Assembly: GCF_006345805.1 (NCBI RefSeq)
Contig: NC_043003.1
Location: 21,204,001 to 21,268,000 of the forward strand
DNA from: Octopus sinensis
Lineage: Eukaryota
DNA: 64,000 bases
Direction: 5' to 3'
The position numbers and the translations under genes were made by a program. Shown in pieces: positions 1 through 13,289 of the stretch. Every line of letters begins with the position of its first letter. The stretch's first letter is position 1. Under the pieces are notes generated by a model. That model saw only the letters and a list, made by a program, of their open reading frames with translations, made no database searches and had not been told where the DNA came from.

Positions 1-336
1 CGTTGATTTCCTTAAACTCCCTTCCCCACAGCTTCACGACGGAGGGAAGAAGGGGGAGAAGCAAACACAGGTGCAGGTGTTTGAGCGTGGACGCCAACTC
101 CGCTGCCATCGACACACAAAAAATTATGCATTAAAATGGAATAAAAAATGATGTTAAATTATTTTTAAAATCGTAGACTCATCGTAGACGCGCGCTAATA
201 GTCAGACGGGCTCGATATTAATCACGACTATAAGATACCCGAATTTGGTTAAACTGCACCGCAAAATGTGGGAGGAGTTAGGAATCTAAATCGTAGGAGA
301 CAGACACTCACACAACTACAGTTTTATGTATATAGA
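1..336 (-). mobile_element. Non-autonomous Helitron-like element, 5' end (runs off the window)
   Basis: Minus strand begins A|TCTATATACATAAAACTGTAGTTGTGTGAGTGTCTGTC, the TC + (TA)n + AAA + (GT/GTCT) start typical of non-autonomous Helitrons. CpGs are retained in the body. Confidence 0.6.
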
Positions 337-349
337 TATGTATGTAGGT

Positions 350-575
350 ATTTATGTGTTTGTGTTTGTCCCTCCACCATCACTTGACAACTGATACTGG
401 TGTGTTTATGTCCCTGTAACTTACTGGTTCAGCAAAAGAGACCGATAAAATAAGTACTAGGCTTACAAAGAATAAGTTCTGGGGATGATTTCTTTGACTA
501 AAACCATTTTAAGGGAGTACTCCAGCATGGCTGCAGTCAAATGACTAAAACAAGTAAAAGAGTGAAAGAATAAAA
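350..575 (+). mobile_element. SINE family A, 3' half
   Basis: Matches the 3' half of full copies (e.g. 55239-55628): AAAAGAGACCGAT..AAGTACTAGGCTTACAAAGAATAAG...CCAGCATGGCTGCAGTCAAATGACT. Confidence 0.85.
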
Positions 576-607
576 GAATATATATATATATATATATAGT
601 ATATGTA

Positions 608-638
<31 letters not shown>

Positions 639-1272
639 GCATGTATACATATTTGTATACATACGCACGTACACACATATGCATTTACATTTGTATACAT
701 ATATACATATTTCTTTATTGCCCACAAAGGGATAAACATAGAGGGGACAAACAAGGACAGACAAAGGGATTAAGTTGATTACATTGACCACAGTGCGTAA
801 CTGGTGCTTAATTTATCAACACTGAAAGGATGAAAACCATGAAACGAGCATGAGGGATTTCAAATTCGGTGGGCCCCACCCGCCTCATATACAAGAATTA
901 AAATGTTGGAAAATTAGCAAATTTAAATCTCAAAACCTGTTTATTGCATGTAATTGACAAGTTAGAAGAGAAAGTTTACTAACAACTAAAAATGGCGTTC
1001 TATAGATACACTTCTAAAAATTCGATTTTTTTTCTCACACATTCACTTGCTGTGTTTGACTTCTCCTTCATTTTGAAAAGTACAATGCAGAATATGATAA
1101 AATGGCAGAAAATTGTGAAAAAAGAAGATATATCATTTTAGCAGTTGTTTTGTTGTTCCAAAGGCACAATGTGTGTGTGTGGTGGGGAAGATAAACATTT
1201 AAAAGACATGGCTTTTTAAAACTTCATTGTTTTGCAAAATTGGGGAAACTCTAACATATATATAGGACAGTT

Positions 1273-1835
1273 ATTTCATTTCTCCATCAGATGACAACAC
1301 ACAAGCTCTAGTCTTCTCATTGGTCTTTGCAATGGCAAGAACTAGTTCTTTTGGAATGCCAAATGCTCAAAGGATTTTCAACATTTTGTAGCGATGCATG
1401 CTGTGAAATGCTTTGCTGAAGTCCACAAAGGTTATAATGGCTGATAGTTGTCTTGATTTAACTCCTGTGATATGCCTCAGGGCTAAGATTTGAAATGTTG
1501 TGGATCTCCTTGGTCTAAATCCGTGTTGATTTGGTCTCAGATGGCTATCAAGCACCTATCGAATCTTGTTGAAGATCATTCGGTTGATGACTTTGAGTGA
1601 GATATTGGACAGTGCAATTCCTCTTTAGTTAATCTCACTGCTGAGGTTTCTGACTTTGGGATTGGCATCAAGTCAATCTTGAACCACTGATCTGGACTTT
1701 CTAGGTTCTGCAAGAGCTTACTCACAAAATTCAGCATTATTTCATCCAGACTGCACCTCTTGGTAACGTCAAGGAGAATTCCATCAGGGCCAGCAGCTTT
1801 TCCCTCTTTCAATCTGTTCTTGGCACTCTGAATTC
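1273..1835 (-). mobile_element. RTE-clade LINE relic, RT N-terminal part (inverted 5' segment)
   Basis: Frameshifted minus-strand peptides GKAAGPDGI, HLRPNQHGFRPRRSTTFQILALR, FVDFSKAF, MLKIL and DGEMK are conserved non-LTR RT motifs. Confidence 0.9.
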
Positions 1836-2439
1836 TTTCAAATACTAGCTGGGGTGCTACAAGGAGATACACTTGCACCTTACCTGTTTGTAATTATATT
1901 GGATTATGCAATGCCGCAGTGACTATGACCTAGGTTTCATCATAGACCAGCGAAGATCATGGATAGTACCAGCAGTAACCATCACAGACCTAAACTTTGC
2001 CGATGATATAGCATGCATATCTAACAAAACAGATCAAGCTCAACAACTGTTCAGCAGAGTAGAAACGTTAGCTACTAAAATAGGACTGCATACAAATGTC
2101 AAGGAAACAGAATACATGTCTTTTAACCAATTAAGTGATACTGAACTGTTTGCTCTGAGCAGTTCCAAATTGAATGTTGCTCAAGACTTCAAGTACTTAG
2201 GTGGTTGGGTGAGCAGTTTGGAAGCAGACATCAAGATCAGGAAGACACAAGCATGGACAGCCTGCCACAAACTAAAGCAAATTTGGAACTCCAATTTGCC
2301 CAGACAAATCAAAGTCAAGTTTTCCTTACAGCTGTTGAATCAGTGCTATTATATGGCAATGAAACTTTATCAAACAGGCTAAATGGATGCTACACAAGGA
2401 TGCTACAAATGGTCCTAAATGTGAAATGGTAGCAACATA

Positions 2440-2772
2440 TCTCTATATATATAAACAGCAAAATGTCTGTGTGTGTGTGTATCCTTTATACAAATCCACA
2501 ATCTTTCAGTTAGAGGGCTCGCACTTTCTATGGCCATTCAAAACCGTCCAAGGGTGGTCGTGCACATCTTTACATTTCCCCAGTCACACCGCAAAGCCAT
2601 TAAAAAATCAATAGAAGTGACATTTTTGTGAATTTTCTATCCAAAACCCAATCAAAATGCCTGAAACTTGATACGCCAATTGAATGCCAGCTAGCTGTAT
2701 GTGATTGGTCGGAGATTTGGACAGTACTCGCGTGTATGTGCACACGCATGCAGCTGTATATGCATGCACTAG
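2440..2772 (+). mobile_element. Non-autonomous Helitron
   Basis: Starts A|TCTCTATATATATAAACAGC and ends at CTAG (2769-2772) preceded by the hairpin GCATGCA..TGCATGC. It splits the RTE coding sequence, which resumes afterwards, and no TSD is seen. Confidence 0.7.
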
Positions 2773-2995
2773 CACTATGAAGACCTGCCAAAAGTTAGCA
2801 AGATGATCAGGCAAAGAGAGCTGTGACTACCTGATCACTGCATGCACCACCCAGAGGTGGAAACATCCAATTAGTTTTGTGGAAGCCTCTTCATGGTGAT
2901 GTAAGAAGAAAATGTTGTCACACTTCAACAACTTGATTGCAAACACTGGCCTGGAATATATCTAGGACCTCAAGGCAGTGATGATGCACCAAAAA

Positions 2996-3230
2996 GGCGG
3001 CAAGCTGGCAGAAGCGTTAGCACATCAGGCAAAATGCTTAGCAGTATTTCGTCTGCCGTTACGTTCTGACTTCAAATTCTGCCTAGGTCGACTTTGCTTT
3101 TCATCCTTTTGGGGTCGATAAATTAAGTACCAGTTATGCACTGGGGTCGATGTAATCGACTTAATCCCATTGTCTGTCCTTGTTTGTCCCCTCTATGTTT
3201 AGCCCCTTGTGAGCAATAAAGAAATAAGAA
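2996..3230 (+). mobile_element. SINE family B (tRNA head, Nin/Deu-domain-like core)
   Basis: GGCGGCAAGCTGGCAGAA A-box-like head, TTCAAATTC B-box-like motif, then TTTCATCCTTTTGGGGTCGATAAATTAAGTACC. About 20 further copies, e.g. 710-838(-), 5714-5926(-), 7560-7790(-), 12735-12895(+), 40612-40815(-), 48003-48218(+), 57574-57775(+). Confidence 0.85.
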
Positions 3231-3321
3231 GTGTGGAGGGTAGACTTTGTTGCTGTGGCCTAGGCTGGAACCCGGCCATAGTAATAAATATTTCGAAAGT
3301 TTGCTTTTCCAGTTTCCAGTA

Positions 3322-4124
3322 AGGATAGTGGGGCACAATGAGTAATATTTACTGCATTTTTCACTTTTGAGAAATAAGAATATTTTTTATAAATCTTCAC
3401 TACCTAACAAAATCTACATCAGCTAAGCAAATGACCTTCTCTAAGTGCATTAAAAACACTATAACATATTCAAATCACTGACTCAGAAAATCGACTCCGT
3501 TCTCTTTGACAAATTCAGATGGAACAAAATGAGTAAGACAAGCTAAGTTAAATCTGCCTCTTTAATTCACTAGAATTACATTTGAAAAAAAAAAAACAAA
3601 AAAAAAAAAAACTTGTACACATCAATGTCCACACTTAGACACCAGAAAGTTCAGAAATTCAACAAAAATTGAATTTTTCTGTAGCTTTCTCACAATCTGC
3701 AGGAGTGGCTCTCTTCCTGATATAGTTAAGCATGATACAATTAAAGAGAAGTTATTGATATGAGTCATTGCTCATTTTGCCCCAGTTTCGACATCAGATT
3801 TTCAAAATTGAAAACTGTCAAAATCGACAGTAATCCAACAGAGAAAAGAATTTCGATTGTTAAGCACCAAAAATTATCTAGATTCTTTATTAGCAACCTC
3901 AGTTACAATTGGGTCAAATTTGATGGAAAACTTTTTGAAAAAAGTACCTGTTACCTGTTTCAAAACTTCTTGACTGGAGCAACAACTATGGTAGCCAATA
4001 TTTACTCCCAAAGATGATGCAGGAGTACAAAATGGTGAGGCAATACTTGCAATGTAACGGTTTCAAAAAGACAATAAGAAGATAATAAGAAATTCATAAT
4101 TACTCATTTTGCCCCACTCATCTG
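3322..4124. mobile_element. Non-autonomous Tc1/pogo-like DNA transposon
   Basis: Terminal inverted repeats AGTGGGGCACAATGAGTAAT and ATTACTCATTTTGCCCCACT, TA at both flanks, and an internal partial TIR copy near 3770. Confidence 0.7.
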
Positions 4125-4127
4125 TAG

Positions 4128-4954
4128 TTATTTCGAGTATTTGACAAAGTGATGAAAAATATCAAAAAAAAAAAAAAGAAACAAGAGTCGATTTAATGAG
4201 AAACATGTGAGCATAAAAGCAATAATTTTAAAGCTGAAAAGAATGTTTTGAGCTGTTGGGAAGTGTAATTTTATAATTAAAAGTAAATTTAATTTTAAAT
4301 TTTGGAATATATTCATTACTTATTTTCTGTTTTGTAAAATAAGACCAGTTTTCAATGCCTCACTGAAATAATGAAGTTTATAACAACGATATATGTGTGA
4401 ACATGTTTGTGTGTGTGTGTATGTGCACACGTGTCTTTAATTACAAGTGGTCAAGCCAAGGTCACTGCTCAGTCATGCATTGAAAGGAATTTAAACTAGA
4501 GACAATAAATAACTTCTTTCTATCAATCACTTTATCTATCTTTATATAATCATACTCTGCCTCTCACACACAAACACACATACACTCACAAATACATACA
4601 TACATTTTAGGAGTGTTTTGTCATTTACCATTTCTCTGTCAGTGCCTCAAAAGCAGCGATAATTAATTCCCAAGGGAACAGTAGCTGCCTTGGGACTGGA
4701 GAGTTAACTGTTTTTTAATTGAATGAATTGGTGTCTCTAATGTGATTAGAACTATGGTTATTTATCAAAAAGGCAGATCAATTACAATTTAAAAAATTGT
4801 TTATTGAAAAAGAGCTGCTGCATGCAAGATTACTGAGAGGTGGGGGAGAGAATTCCTGTATTGAGTTCTGCATATCCTTCTTAAGAGGGCCCCTGTTATT
4901 GAGGTGGGGGGGCAGGGCAATTGCCCCCTTTGGCCCCCTTTTAATCCGGCCCTG
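4128..4954. mobile_element. hAT-like transposon relic, right end
   Basis: Ends AATCCGGCCCTG (reverse CAGGGCCGGATT, a hAT-type terminus) after GC-rich subterminal GCCCCC repeats. Minus strand 4190-4316 is a decayed hAT dimerisation-like stretch (NIFQNL..TLP..SF). Left end not identified. Confidence 0.5.
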
Positions 4955-5159
4955 TTCCTAACATCAACCATGTCAGTGTGCTTTTTCTTGTCTTCAGTAC
5001 TAGTGAGACTGTCATGCAGTTTGCAAGACTATGAATCTTGCAAGGGTAGCTTTATGCTAGAAGATGAGGTGTAGAGAAGGGTAAAAGTATGAAAGAAGGG
5101 GTCAGAACAGAATGGGTTTCTTGATGTAAAGGGTCTACATGATCGCTGACATCTTAGAA

Positions 5160-6230
5160 GAGGTACTCTGTCAATATCCTTATCTAAGTTCAGCTTTTTA
5201 TTCCTTGCTATGTACTTATCTTGCAGTTATCTTACTAGAAAAATGGCATCAGTTGTACTTCCTCGTGGCATTTTATCATAGTTAATTCTCTTCTTGGTCA
5301 GTTGATCCATAACTCTTTCCATAACTTTCAAAACCCCATCAAACAATTTGATATCTTTGTGATTTCCTTTTTCTCTTGTGCATTGACTATCGTAGCAACT
5401 AGCCTGTACCCTACCATACCAAATTTGTAAGCATTTTAGCAATAATTCCTGATGGACCAGGTGCTTTCTTTGCCTTAATTATTTTATCTACCTTACTGCT
5501 GTCAACTTGAAAGGCAGGTCCCTCTGTTGGGTCTGCTTGGGGTAGACTTTCTTTGTCTCATGTATTCCATACATTCATGAGCTTCTCATAGGAGCACTTC
5601 CATGTTTCTTTCTTTTCAGCATCAGTAAGAACAACTGTGCTGTTACCATTCCATAACAACATTTTGATATTCTCTAACATACTGCATAGCTTCACACCTC
5701 TGTTTCTTATATTGGTTTCAAATTTTGGCACAAGGCCAGCATTTTCGGGGAGGGGATGAGTCAATTGCATCAACCCCTGTGCGTAACTGGTGCTTATTTT
5801 TATTAACCCTGAAGAGATGAAAGGCAAAGTTGACCTCAGTGGAATTTGAACTCAGAATGTAAGAACACCCAAAATACTGCCATGCATTTTGCCTAGCATG
5901 CTAACAATTCTGCCAGCTCACTGCCTTATCCTCGGTTTCTCATATTACATGGCATCCAAACCTCTTTATTTCTGCATCCTTTCTTGCAAGGTATACCTGA
6001 CATATAGCTTCCCTTCTAGCAATTTCACAGTTTGTTCTGGAGTCTCTTTCCTTACAATCATTCCAAGCTTGCCCCTTAACTTTTTCATCTCTATCTCCAG
6101 TTGTATTCCACTACTGTGTCACTTTGAGCTGCTACAGATTGTCACATAGAAACTCTCAATTTTCCTCTTTACTGCAACATTACAGAAGGCCTCCTGGTGT
6201 TATTTAAACATGTCCAGTAAAATGTCAACA
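5160..6230 (-). mobile_element. RTE-clade LINE relic, interrupted by SINE B at 5714-5926
   Basis: KDIKLFDGVLKVMERVMDQL...PRGSTTDAIFLVR and DAEKKETWK..YEKLMN are RTE RT and linker motifs, now decayed. Confidence 0.75.
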
Positions 6231-6422
6231 GCAGTAATGAGGTTACTATCATTCATAATTCAAGTATGCAGAAGGGTTTCATAAAAAAAGATCATTCTGT
6301 CCTTCTGCTGAGCACGACTGCAATGAATATACTCTACTGAAATAAATATTGCAGGTGTGTTTTCTATAACTAGCCAGTGTGGAAGGGAAGCTAAATATCA
6401 AATGATGATCATGATGATGAGA

Positions 6423-6457
<35 letters not shown>

Positions 6458-6469
6458 TATACACACACA

Positions 6470-6691
6470 CGAGGAGGTGCTGAAAAGTTCCTGGCTTTGG
6501 ATAAAAGAAAATACAGGAGGATCGGTCAATTATGATTTTATTCAACATATTCCCCTCACAGATTCACACACTTGCTGCAGTGGTCCTTCAGTTTTCCTAA
6601 GCCCCATAAACCTGTAAAAGAACTCGAAAGATTGGGCCTCCAACCAGGCCTTTCGCAATACCCTTAAAGCCAGGAACCTTTTAGCACACAT

Positions 6692-6693
<2 letters not shown>
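6470..6693. mobile_element. Mariner-derived MITE
   Basis: TIRs GTGCTGAAAAGTTCCTGGCTTT and AAAGCCAGGAACCTTTTAGCAC. The internal minus strand resembles a mariner transposase C-terminus (KCVNL.GEYVE*). Set in TA/CA repeats. Confidence 0.8.
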
Positions 6694-6736
<43 letters not shown>

Positions 6737-6807
6737 TCACACACACATATATACATATATATATATCTATATGAATGATCATGTGATTACATACAAACAT
6801 ATATGTA

Positions 6808-6838
<31 letters not shown>

Positions 6839-7044
6839 ATTTGTATGAATTATTTATTCAGCCTGATGGCTATTTGCTGTGCTAGTAAATGTATCATTTA
6901 CTGTTTACTATAATGCGGTCAACAGACGTCTAGGCTGGCTGCATGTACATATTATTGACAAGGCCCAAAAGACAAAACCGTATCTGGCATTTTCCTTAGC
7001 CACCGCCAAGATAAATTTTCATCTCCTTCTGATATGTATATATA

Positions 7045-7405
7045 CTCTTTTACTTGTTTCAGCCATTTGACTGCGGCCATGCTGGAGCACCGCCTTTAAT
7101 CGAGCAACTCGACCACGGGACTTACTCTTTGTAAGCCCAGTATTATTCTATCTTATCGGTCTCTTTTGCGAACCGCTAAGTGACGGGGACGTAAACACAC
7201 ACCAGCTCGTTGTCAAGCAATGCTGGGGGGACAAACACATACACACACCACTTATATATATATATATACATATATACACAGCTTCTTTCTGTTTCCGTCT
7301 ACCAATCCACTCACAAGGCATTGGTCGCCCGGGGCTATAGCAGAGACACTTGCCCAAGATGCCACGCAGTGGGACTGAACCTGGAACCATGTGGTCGGTT
7401 AGCAA
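7045..7405 (-). mobile_element. SINE family A
   Basis: Reverse complement of the family A consensus, including the internal (TA)/(CA) tract. Confidence 0.85.
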
Positions 7406-7994
7406 ATTGTCTTTAAGCATGTTCATCTTCATCATCATCATCATCATCATCATCATTATTTAGCATCCATTTTCCATGCTGGTATGGGTTGGATGGTTTG
7501 ACTGCAAACTGGTAAACTGGGGAGCTGCACCAGGTTTCAGCCCAATTTGGTATGGTTTCTTATTTCTTTATTGCCCACAAGGGGCTAAACATAGATGGGA
7601 ACAAACAAGGACAGACAAAGGGATTAAGTCGATTACATCAACCCTAATGCATAACTGGTACTTAATTTATTGACCTCAAAAGTATGAAAAGCAGAGTCGA
7701 CCTTGGCAGAATTTCAACTCAGAACGTAACGGCAGATGAAATACCGCTATGCATTTCGCCCGTCGTGCTAATGATTCTGCCAGCTCACCGATATGGTATG
7801 GTTTCTACTGCTGGATGCAGCCATGCTGGGGCTACACTTTGAAAGGTTTTAGTCGAACAACTAAACCCCCAGGACTTTTTTTTTTTTTTTGAGAAGCAAG
7901 CTTCTTACCACAGCAATACCTGCGCTTTATCTGTAAACATAGTCATCATCATAATTTCAAATCTGCTTTTCATGCTGACATAGCTACCCATATA

Positions 7995-8213
7995 TGGAGG
8001 AGATGCTGGAAAGTTCCTGGCTTTGGATAAAAAAAAATACAGGAGGATCAGTTAATTATGATTTTATTCAACATGTTCCCCTCTCAGATTCACACACTTA
8101 TTGCAGTGGCCCTTCAGTTGTCCAAAGCCCTGTAAAAGAACTCAGAAGGTTCGGCCCCCAACCAGGCCTTTCGCGATAATCTTAAAGCCAGGAACTTTTA
8201 AGCACCCTATCAT
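7995..8213. mobile_element. Mariner-derived MITE, second copy of the 6470 family
   Basis: Same TIRs and internal sequence as 6470-6693. Confidence 0.8.
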
Positions 8214-8217
8214 GTGT

Positions 8218-8248
<31 letters not shown>

Positions 8249-8389
8249 TATATGCATACATACATACATATATGTACGTACCTACATCTACATGTATATA
8301 TACATGCATATATAAATATATATATATTTATATATGCATGTATATATACATATATGTATGTATGTATGCATATATTTTATTTATTAAAT

Positions 8390-8603
8390 TTGCCAGCCCC
8401 GCCTGGCACCTGTGCAGGTGGCACGTAAAAAAGCACCCACTACACTCACGAGGGTGGTTGGCGTTAGGAAGGGCATCCAGCTGTAGAAACATTGCCAAAT
8501 TAGACTGGAGCCTGGTGCAGCCTTCTGGCTTCCCAGAACCCCGGTCGAACCGTCCAACCCATGCTAGCATGGAGAACGGACGTTAAACGACGATGATGAT
8601 GAT
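8390..8603 (+). mobile_element. Repeat family C (RTE LINE 3' UTR-like, (GAT)n tail)
   Basis: GGCACGTAAAAAAGCACCCACTACACTC..AGGAAGGGCATCCAGCTGTAGAAAC..GGACGTTAAACGACGATGATG. Other copies at 14900-15080, 25570-25905, 27510-27700, 29590-29752 and 30125-30450. Confidence 0.85.
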
Positions 8604-8656
8604 TGCATGATGAGCGCCCTCACGTCGTTTCGTTTCCTTTCTGTTCTCCAAGTAAG

Positions 8657-8703
<47 letters not shown>

Positions 8704-9589
8704 AATCTTTAAAACTAGTATATCAATAAAAAAATTCATCTTAGATGTAAAACTGCAGTAACATGTCTGTCAATGGTGTATATTACATTCAGTATGATAC
8801 GTAAATGGCTGTTATACATTTATGTTTCCCGAGATCTTAATAAAAATAATACATGCCACAGCTTGCCTCATGGAAGTACAGAACATTTCCTACCCATAGC
8901 GATATATACACACATACATATATATATGAACGTGTGTGTATATTATATATAAATATATATATATATATAAACACATACTTGTATAAATATATATATATTT
9001 ATATGTATGTATGTATATATGTATATAGACACTACATCATTTTTGAAAGATTTATTTCTTGGAACAAAATATCTTCTGATGCATTTAAATACTTAATCTA
9101 GTATTTAGTAAACATGCCTTGCGCATAATACTTTAATAAGTTTGAAGCACCAGGTAGTGTCTACAAGGATAAAATGTTATAATGAAGGGTGTCCATTTTC
9201 TTTTGAGATGTGTGTGTGTGTAAATACACAAACCCATATACATACAAATATACAGATACAAACACACACAAAACCCACATACATACACACATAAACCCCA
9301 TATACAAACATGAAAATCACACATACAAAACACATGCATGCACAAACAAATAAATTGCACAGGTAAGAATACACACCATAGAAAGACAGAATGGATGAAA
9401 CAGGACAGGAGGAGACACATGGGATGGAGAGTTGCTGAAGAGGTCACAAAATGTGCGATGAAAGATTTCAGACAGGGGACACTAAGATAAGAACAATAAT
9501 AAAGCTGAGGTGAATAGCAAGTGTATAGTGCTTGTGTTTATTTGGCATAAAGAATAAAATGTCCTTCCCAAAACATAACAATATATATC

Positions 9590-9688
9590 TCCATCCATCC
9601 ATCTATCCATCTATCTATCTATCTATCTATCCATCCATCCATCCATCCATCCATCCATCCATCCATCCATCCATCTATCCATCTATCC

Positions 9689-9742
<54 letters not shown>
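9590..9742. repeat. (ATCC)n/(ATCT)n compound microsatellite
   Basis: Read directly from the sequence. Confidence 0.95.
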
Positions 9743-9745
<3 letters not shown>

Positions 9746-10006
9746 GCAAAGTGGTTGGCATTTGGAAGAGCATCTAGCCATAAAAACTATACCAAAACTG
9801 ACCTTAGCTGTGCAGATGCCACATAAAAAGCAGTCTACCTGTTCTGCGGAATGATTGATATTAGGAAGGGCATCCAACCATAAAATCCATGCCAAAACAG
9901 ACACAGAAGTATTGTCGTATAGGCTTCTGCCTGGCCAGCTCAAATCAAACCATCCAACTCATGCCAGTATGGAAAACAGACATTAAATAATGATGATATA
10001 CATACA

Positions 10007-10470
10007 TCATCATCATCATCATCGTTTAACGTCCACTTTCCATGCTAGCATGGGTTGGACGATTTGACTGAGGTCTGGCGAACCAGATGGCTGCACCAGA
10101 CTCCAATCTGATCTGGCAGAGTTTCTACAGCTGGATGCCCTTCCTGACACCAACAACTCCGAGAGTATAGGGGTGCTTTAACGTGTCACTGGCATGAGGG
10201 CCAGTCAGGCAGTACTGGTAATGGCCATGCTCAAATGGTGCTTTTTATGTGCCACCTGCACAGGAGCCAGTCCAGCGGCACTGGCGATGACCTCGCTCAA
10301 ATGTTTTTTCACGTACCACCAGCACAAGTGCCAGTAAGGTGGTGCAAGTAACGACCATGCTTGAATGGTGTTTTTTACGTGCCATCGGCATGGAGGCCAG
10401 CTTGTTGCTCTGGCAACGATCACACTAGTATGGTATTCTTAGTGCTCCACTAGCACAGATGCCAGTCATC
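10007..10470 (-). mobile_element. Repeat family C with internal ~55-bp tandem subunits
   Basis: (CAT)n tail and family C core, followed by about 5 diverged GGTGCTTTTT.ACGTGCCACC.GCAC units. Confidence 0.8.
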
Positions 10471-10620
10471 GAATATATGTATATGTGTATATATATATAT
10501 TTATTTAGACATGTGTATGTTTATATATAAATCCATATATATATATATATATGTATCACTGTAGGTGAGTTGTGTTATATATTTCCATGACACAAGCTGC
10601 AGCATGTTCTTTTGATTTAG

Positions 10621-10798
10621 ATCTCAGTATACAGAAATGTATAATCCTAATTTGTATGGTTTTGTAATATTATCTAGAGATCCAGTGTCAAGGGCCACTA
10701 TCAGTGTATTTACCTGCTTTGATATATATCATTCAGTGACACTTAATGACCCAAAATCCACAAAAAGAAAAGAAAGGAAATTATTCAGGCAAATGACT
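10621..10798 (+). CDS. Candidate coding exon, product unknown
   Basis: Acceptor ttcttttgatttAG, 59 stop-free codons (SQYTEMYNPNLYGFVILSRDPVSRATISVFTCFDIYHSVTLNDPKSTKRKERKLFRQMT) in non-repetitive AT-rich DNA, weak donor GTAAAT. No recognised homology. Confidence 0.2.
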
Positions 10799-11729
10799 GT
10801 AAATGTGTGAGTGTGTGTTTGTGCATGTGTGTGTAGATGTATTTGACTGAACTTGTGTGTATGTAGTGGAGTGATTATTCGAGTGTGTATTTAGTACATT
10901 TTGAAAGTGTTGCCTTCTTAAAGCTGATAAACATACTCAAAGTTGATTTGTGATACACTTTTTTATTTTTTCGTTTTCAGTTATATTCTCAGAAATTTTT
11001 ATTTTTGCTTTGCTTGGTGGCCTTCTTGATGGGTTTTAAAATTTAACAACTCAAAACCGAAACTGATTGGGAAACTCACAGGGAAAATTGTGGCAAAAAT
11101 TTCTGTGAATATAAATGAAAATAAGAAGTGAATGACAACCTGTGTGTGTGTTTATAGCAGAATTGTTAGCACACTGCACAAAATGTTTAATGGCATTTCA
11201 CCCATCTTTACAATTAGAGTTCAAATACCACTGAGGTTAACCTTCTTTTCCATTCTTTTGGAGTCAGTAAAATAAGTACCAGCTGAGTACTGGGGTCGAT
11301 GTAATCAACTTAACCCCCACCCCACCCTGTGCCAAAATTTAAAACTAATATTACTCTTCCAAAATACAACACTCTTAATATCACACGTTTAATGTATATA
11401 AGTTATTTAAATGCCAGGAGCTGTGGTTTTCGTTCAAGAAAGATTATAGTGTTGGAAACACAACATGCATAAAAAGCTAGGTGAAATGAAACCACCTCAA
11501 AAGTGAAGACAAGCATTGCAGATACAGTATTTCGTTATTTTTGCAGGTTATCAATGCTATGCACTCACTTCAATTCTGAATGGAATCAGAACCACTAGTC
11601 TGAAGTATGTACACTGTAAAACTATTTGCTGATTTAAAATTGCATTGCACAAGCAGAATAAATACAAATTAAGCAACAGGAGTATTTCTGTAATGTAAAC
11701 ATGACCAATATCACATATTTAATATATGT

Positions 11730-12112
11730 ATTCTCTTTTACTCTTCTTTTTTAACTCCTTTACTTTTAGTCGAGCAAATCGACCCCAGGACTTATTCTTT
11801 GTAAGCCTAGTACTTATTCTATCGGTCTCTCTTGCCAAACCACTAAGTTACGGGGACATAAACACACCAACATCGGTTTTCAAGCGATGTTGGGGGGACA
11901 AACACAGACACACAAACACACACATACATATTTATATACATATATACGACGGGCTTCTTTCAGTTTCCGTCTACCAAATCCACTCACAAGGCTTTGGTCG
12001 GCCCAAAGCTATAGTAGAAGACACTTGCCCAAGGTGCCATGAAGTGGGACTGAACCCGGAATCACATGTGGTTGGTAAGCAAGCTACTTACCACACAGCC
12101 ACTCATACGCCT
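11730..12112 (-). mobile_element. SINE family A, near full length
   Basis: Reverse complement of the family A head, core and tail. Confidence 0.85.
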
Positions 12113-13289
12113 ATGTATGTTGAAATCCCAGAAATGGTGGTTTTTCATATGACCCAACATATGATTTCAAATCAAAATTCTTGCAAAATATTCAAAAATT
12201 CATCAACATCACCATGACCATCATCACCACCATCATCGTCGTCATCATCTTCGTTTTAGCCGTCCACTTTCCCATGCTTGCTTGAGTCAGATGGGATTTG
12301 TTGAATTAGTTGATATTCAGCATAAATCAAATTGTTTGTGCTTCTTTTCTTTTTCTTTTTCTGTTTTTCTTTGTTTTTGATTTTGTTCCTGAGATCTTTT
12401 GAATAAACTATCAATACCTTGACAGCAGATCCTAGATTAAATCGAATTGAACTTGTATTATTGCGCTAACAAAATTTCTATGACTTTTTCAATTTTATCC
12501 ACTATTTTGAACTTGAAATGCCTCCTTTGTGATTTCCATGCTTACATATATATGCATGCACACATGTGCACACATATACACAAACAAACAAGTACATAAA
12601 CAAATGTATACACCTGCACACAAATAAGAAGTAACTTAACCAGATATACAAGAGCTCTCACCCATTATCTCCCTTGACTAGAACAACATCATCCATTCTT
12701 CTTACATCTGCTGACCATTATATTATCCATCATTCATCTGTCTTTTCATTCTGAGTTCAAATTCTGCCGAGGTTGACTTTGCTTTTCATCCTTTCGGGGT
12801 CAATAGATTAAGTACCAGTTGCGTACTGGGGTCGATCTAATCGACTGGCCCCCTCCCCTAAAATTTTGGGCCTTGTGCCTAGAGTAGAAAAGATTATATT
12901 ATCCATCATGTTTCTTTGTATTCAAATTTTTGAAAATGCTGATAAACGCCGTTTAACTATTCTGTTTCTTGATGAGGGCCCAGTGCTCAAAATATCAATT
13001 TATTCTTGGTGTCTTTCTCACTGTGTACATGAATTATTTCATGCTTCTGTTTGTGTTGTTTTAATTTCTGAGATATTTTAGTTATACTGTGAAGATGCAG
13101 ATGTATATCTCACTGGAAATTTAACTGTATTCTACTTGTTTGGTTACAATATATTCTCTTATTCTTTAACTGTCTCCACTCAGTAGATTGTGTCCATGCT
13201 GAAACATTACTGTCAAGGGATTTCATTGACTATGTCAACTCAAGTACTTTCTCTGGTACCTTTTTTAGTAACATTTTAGTATGTCAAGG

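Larger units (their letters stand above)
1830..3287 (+). mobile_element. RTE-clade LINE relic, RT C-terminal part and 3' end (interrupted by a Helitron at 2440-2772 and a SINE at 2996-3230)
   Basis: EFFQILAGVL.GDTLAPYLF, DLNFADDI, GLHTNVKETEYM, DFKYLG, AVESVLLYG, GCYTRML; after the Helitron YEDLPKVSKMIRQ. Contains stops and frameshifts. Confidence 0.9.
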
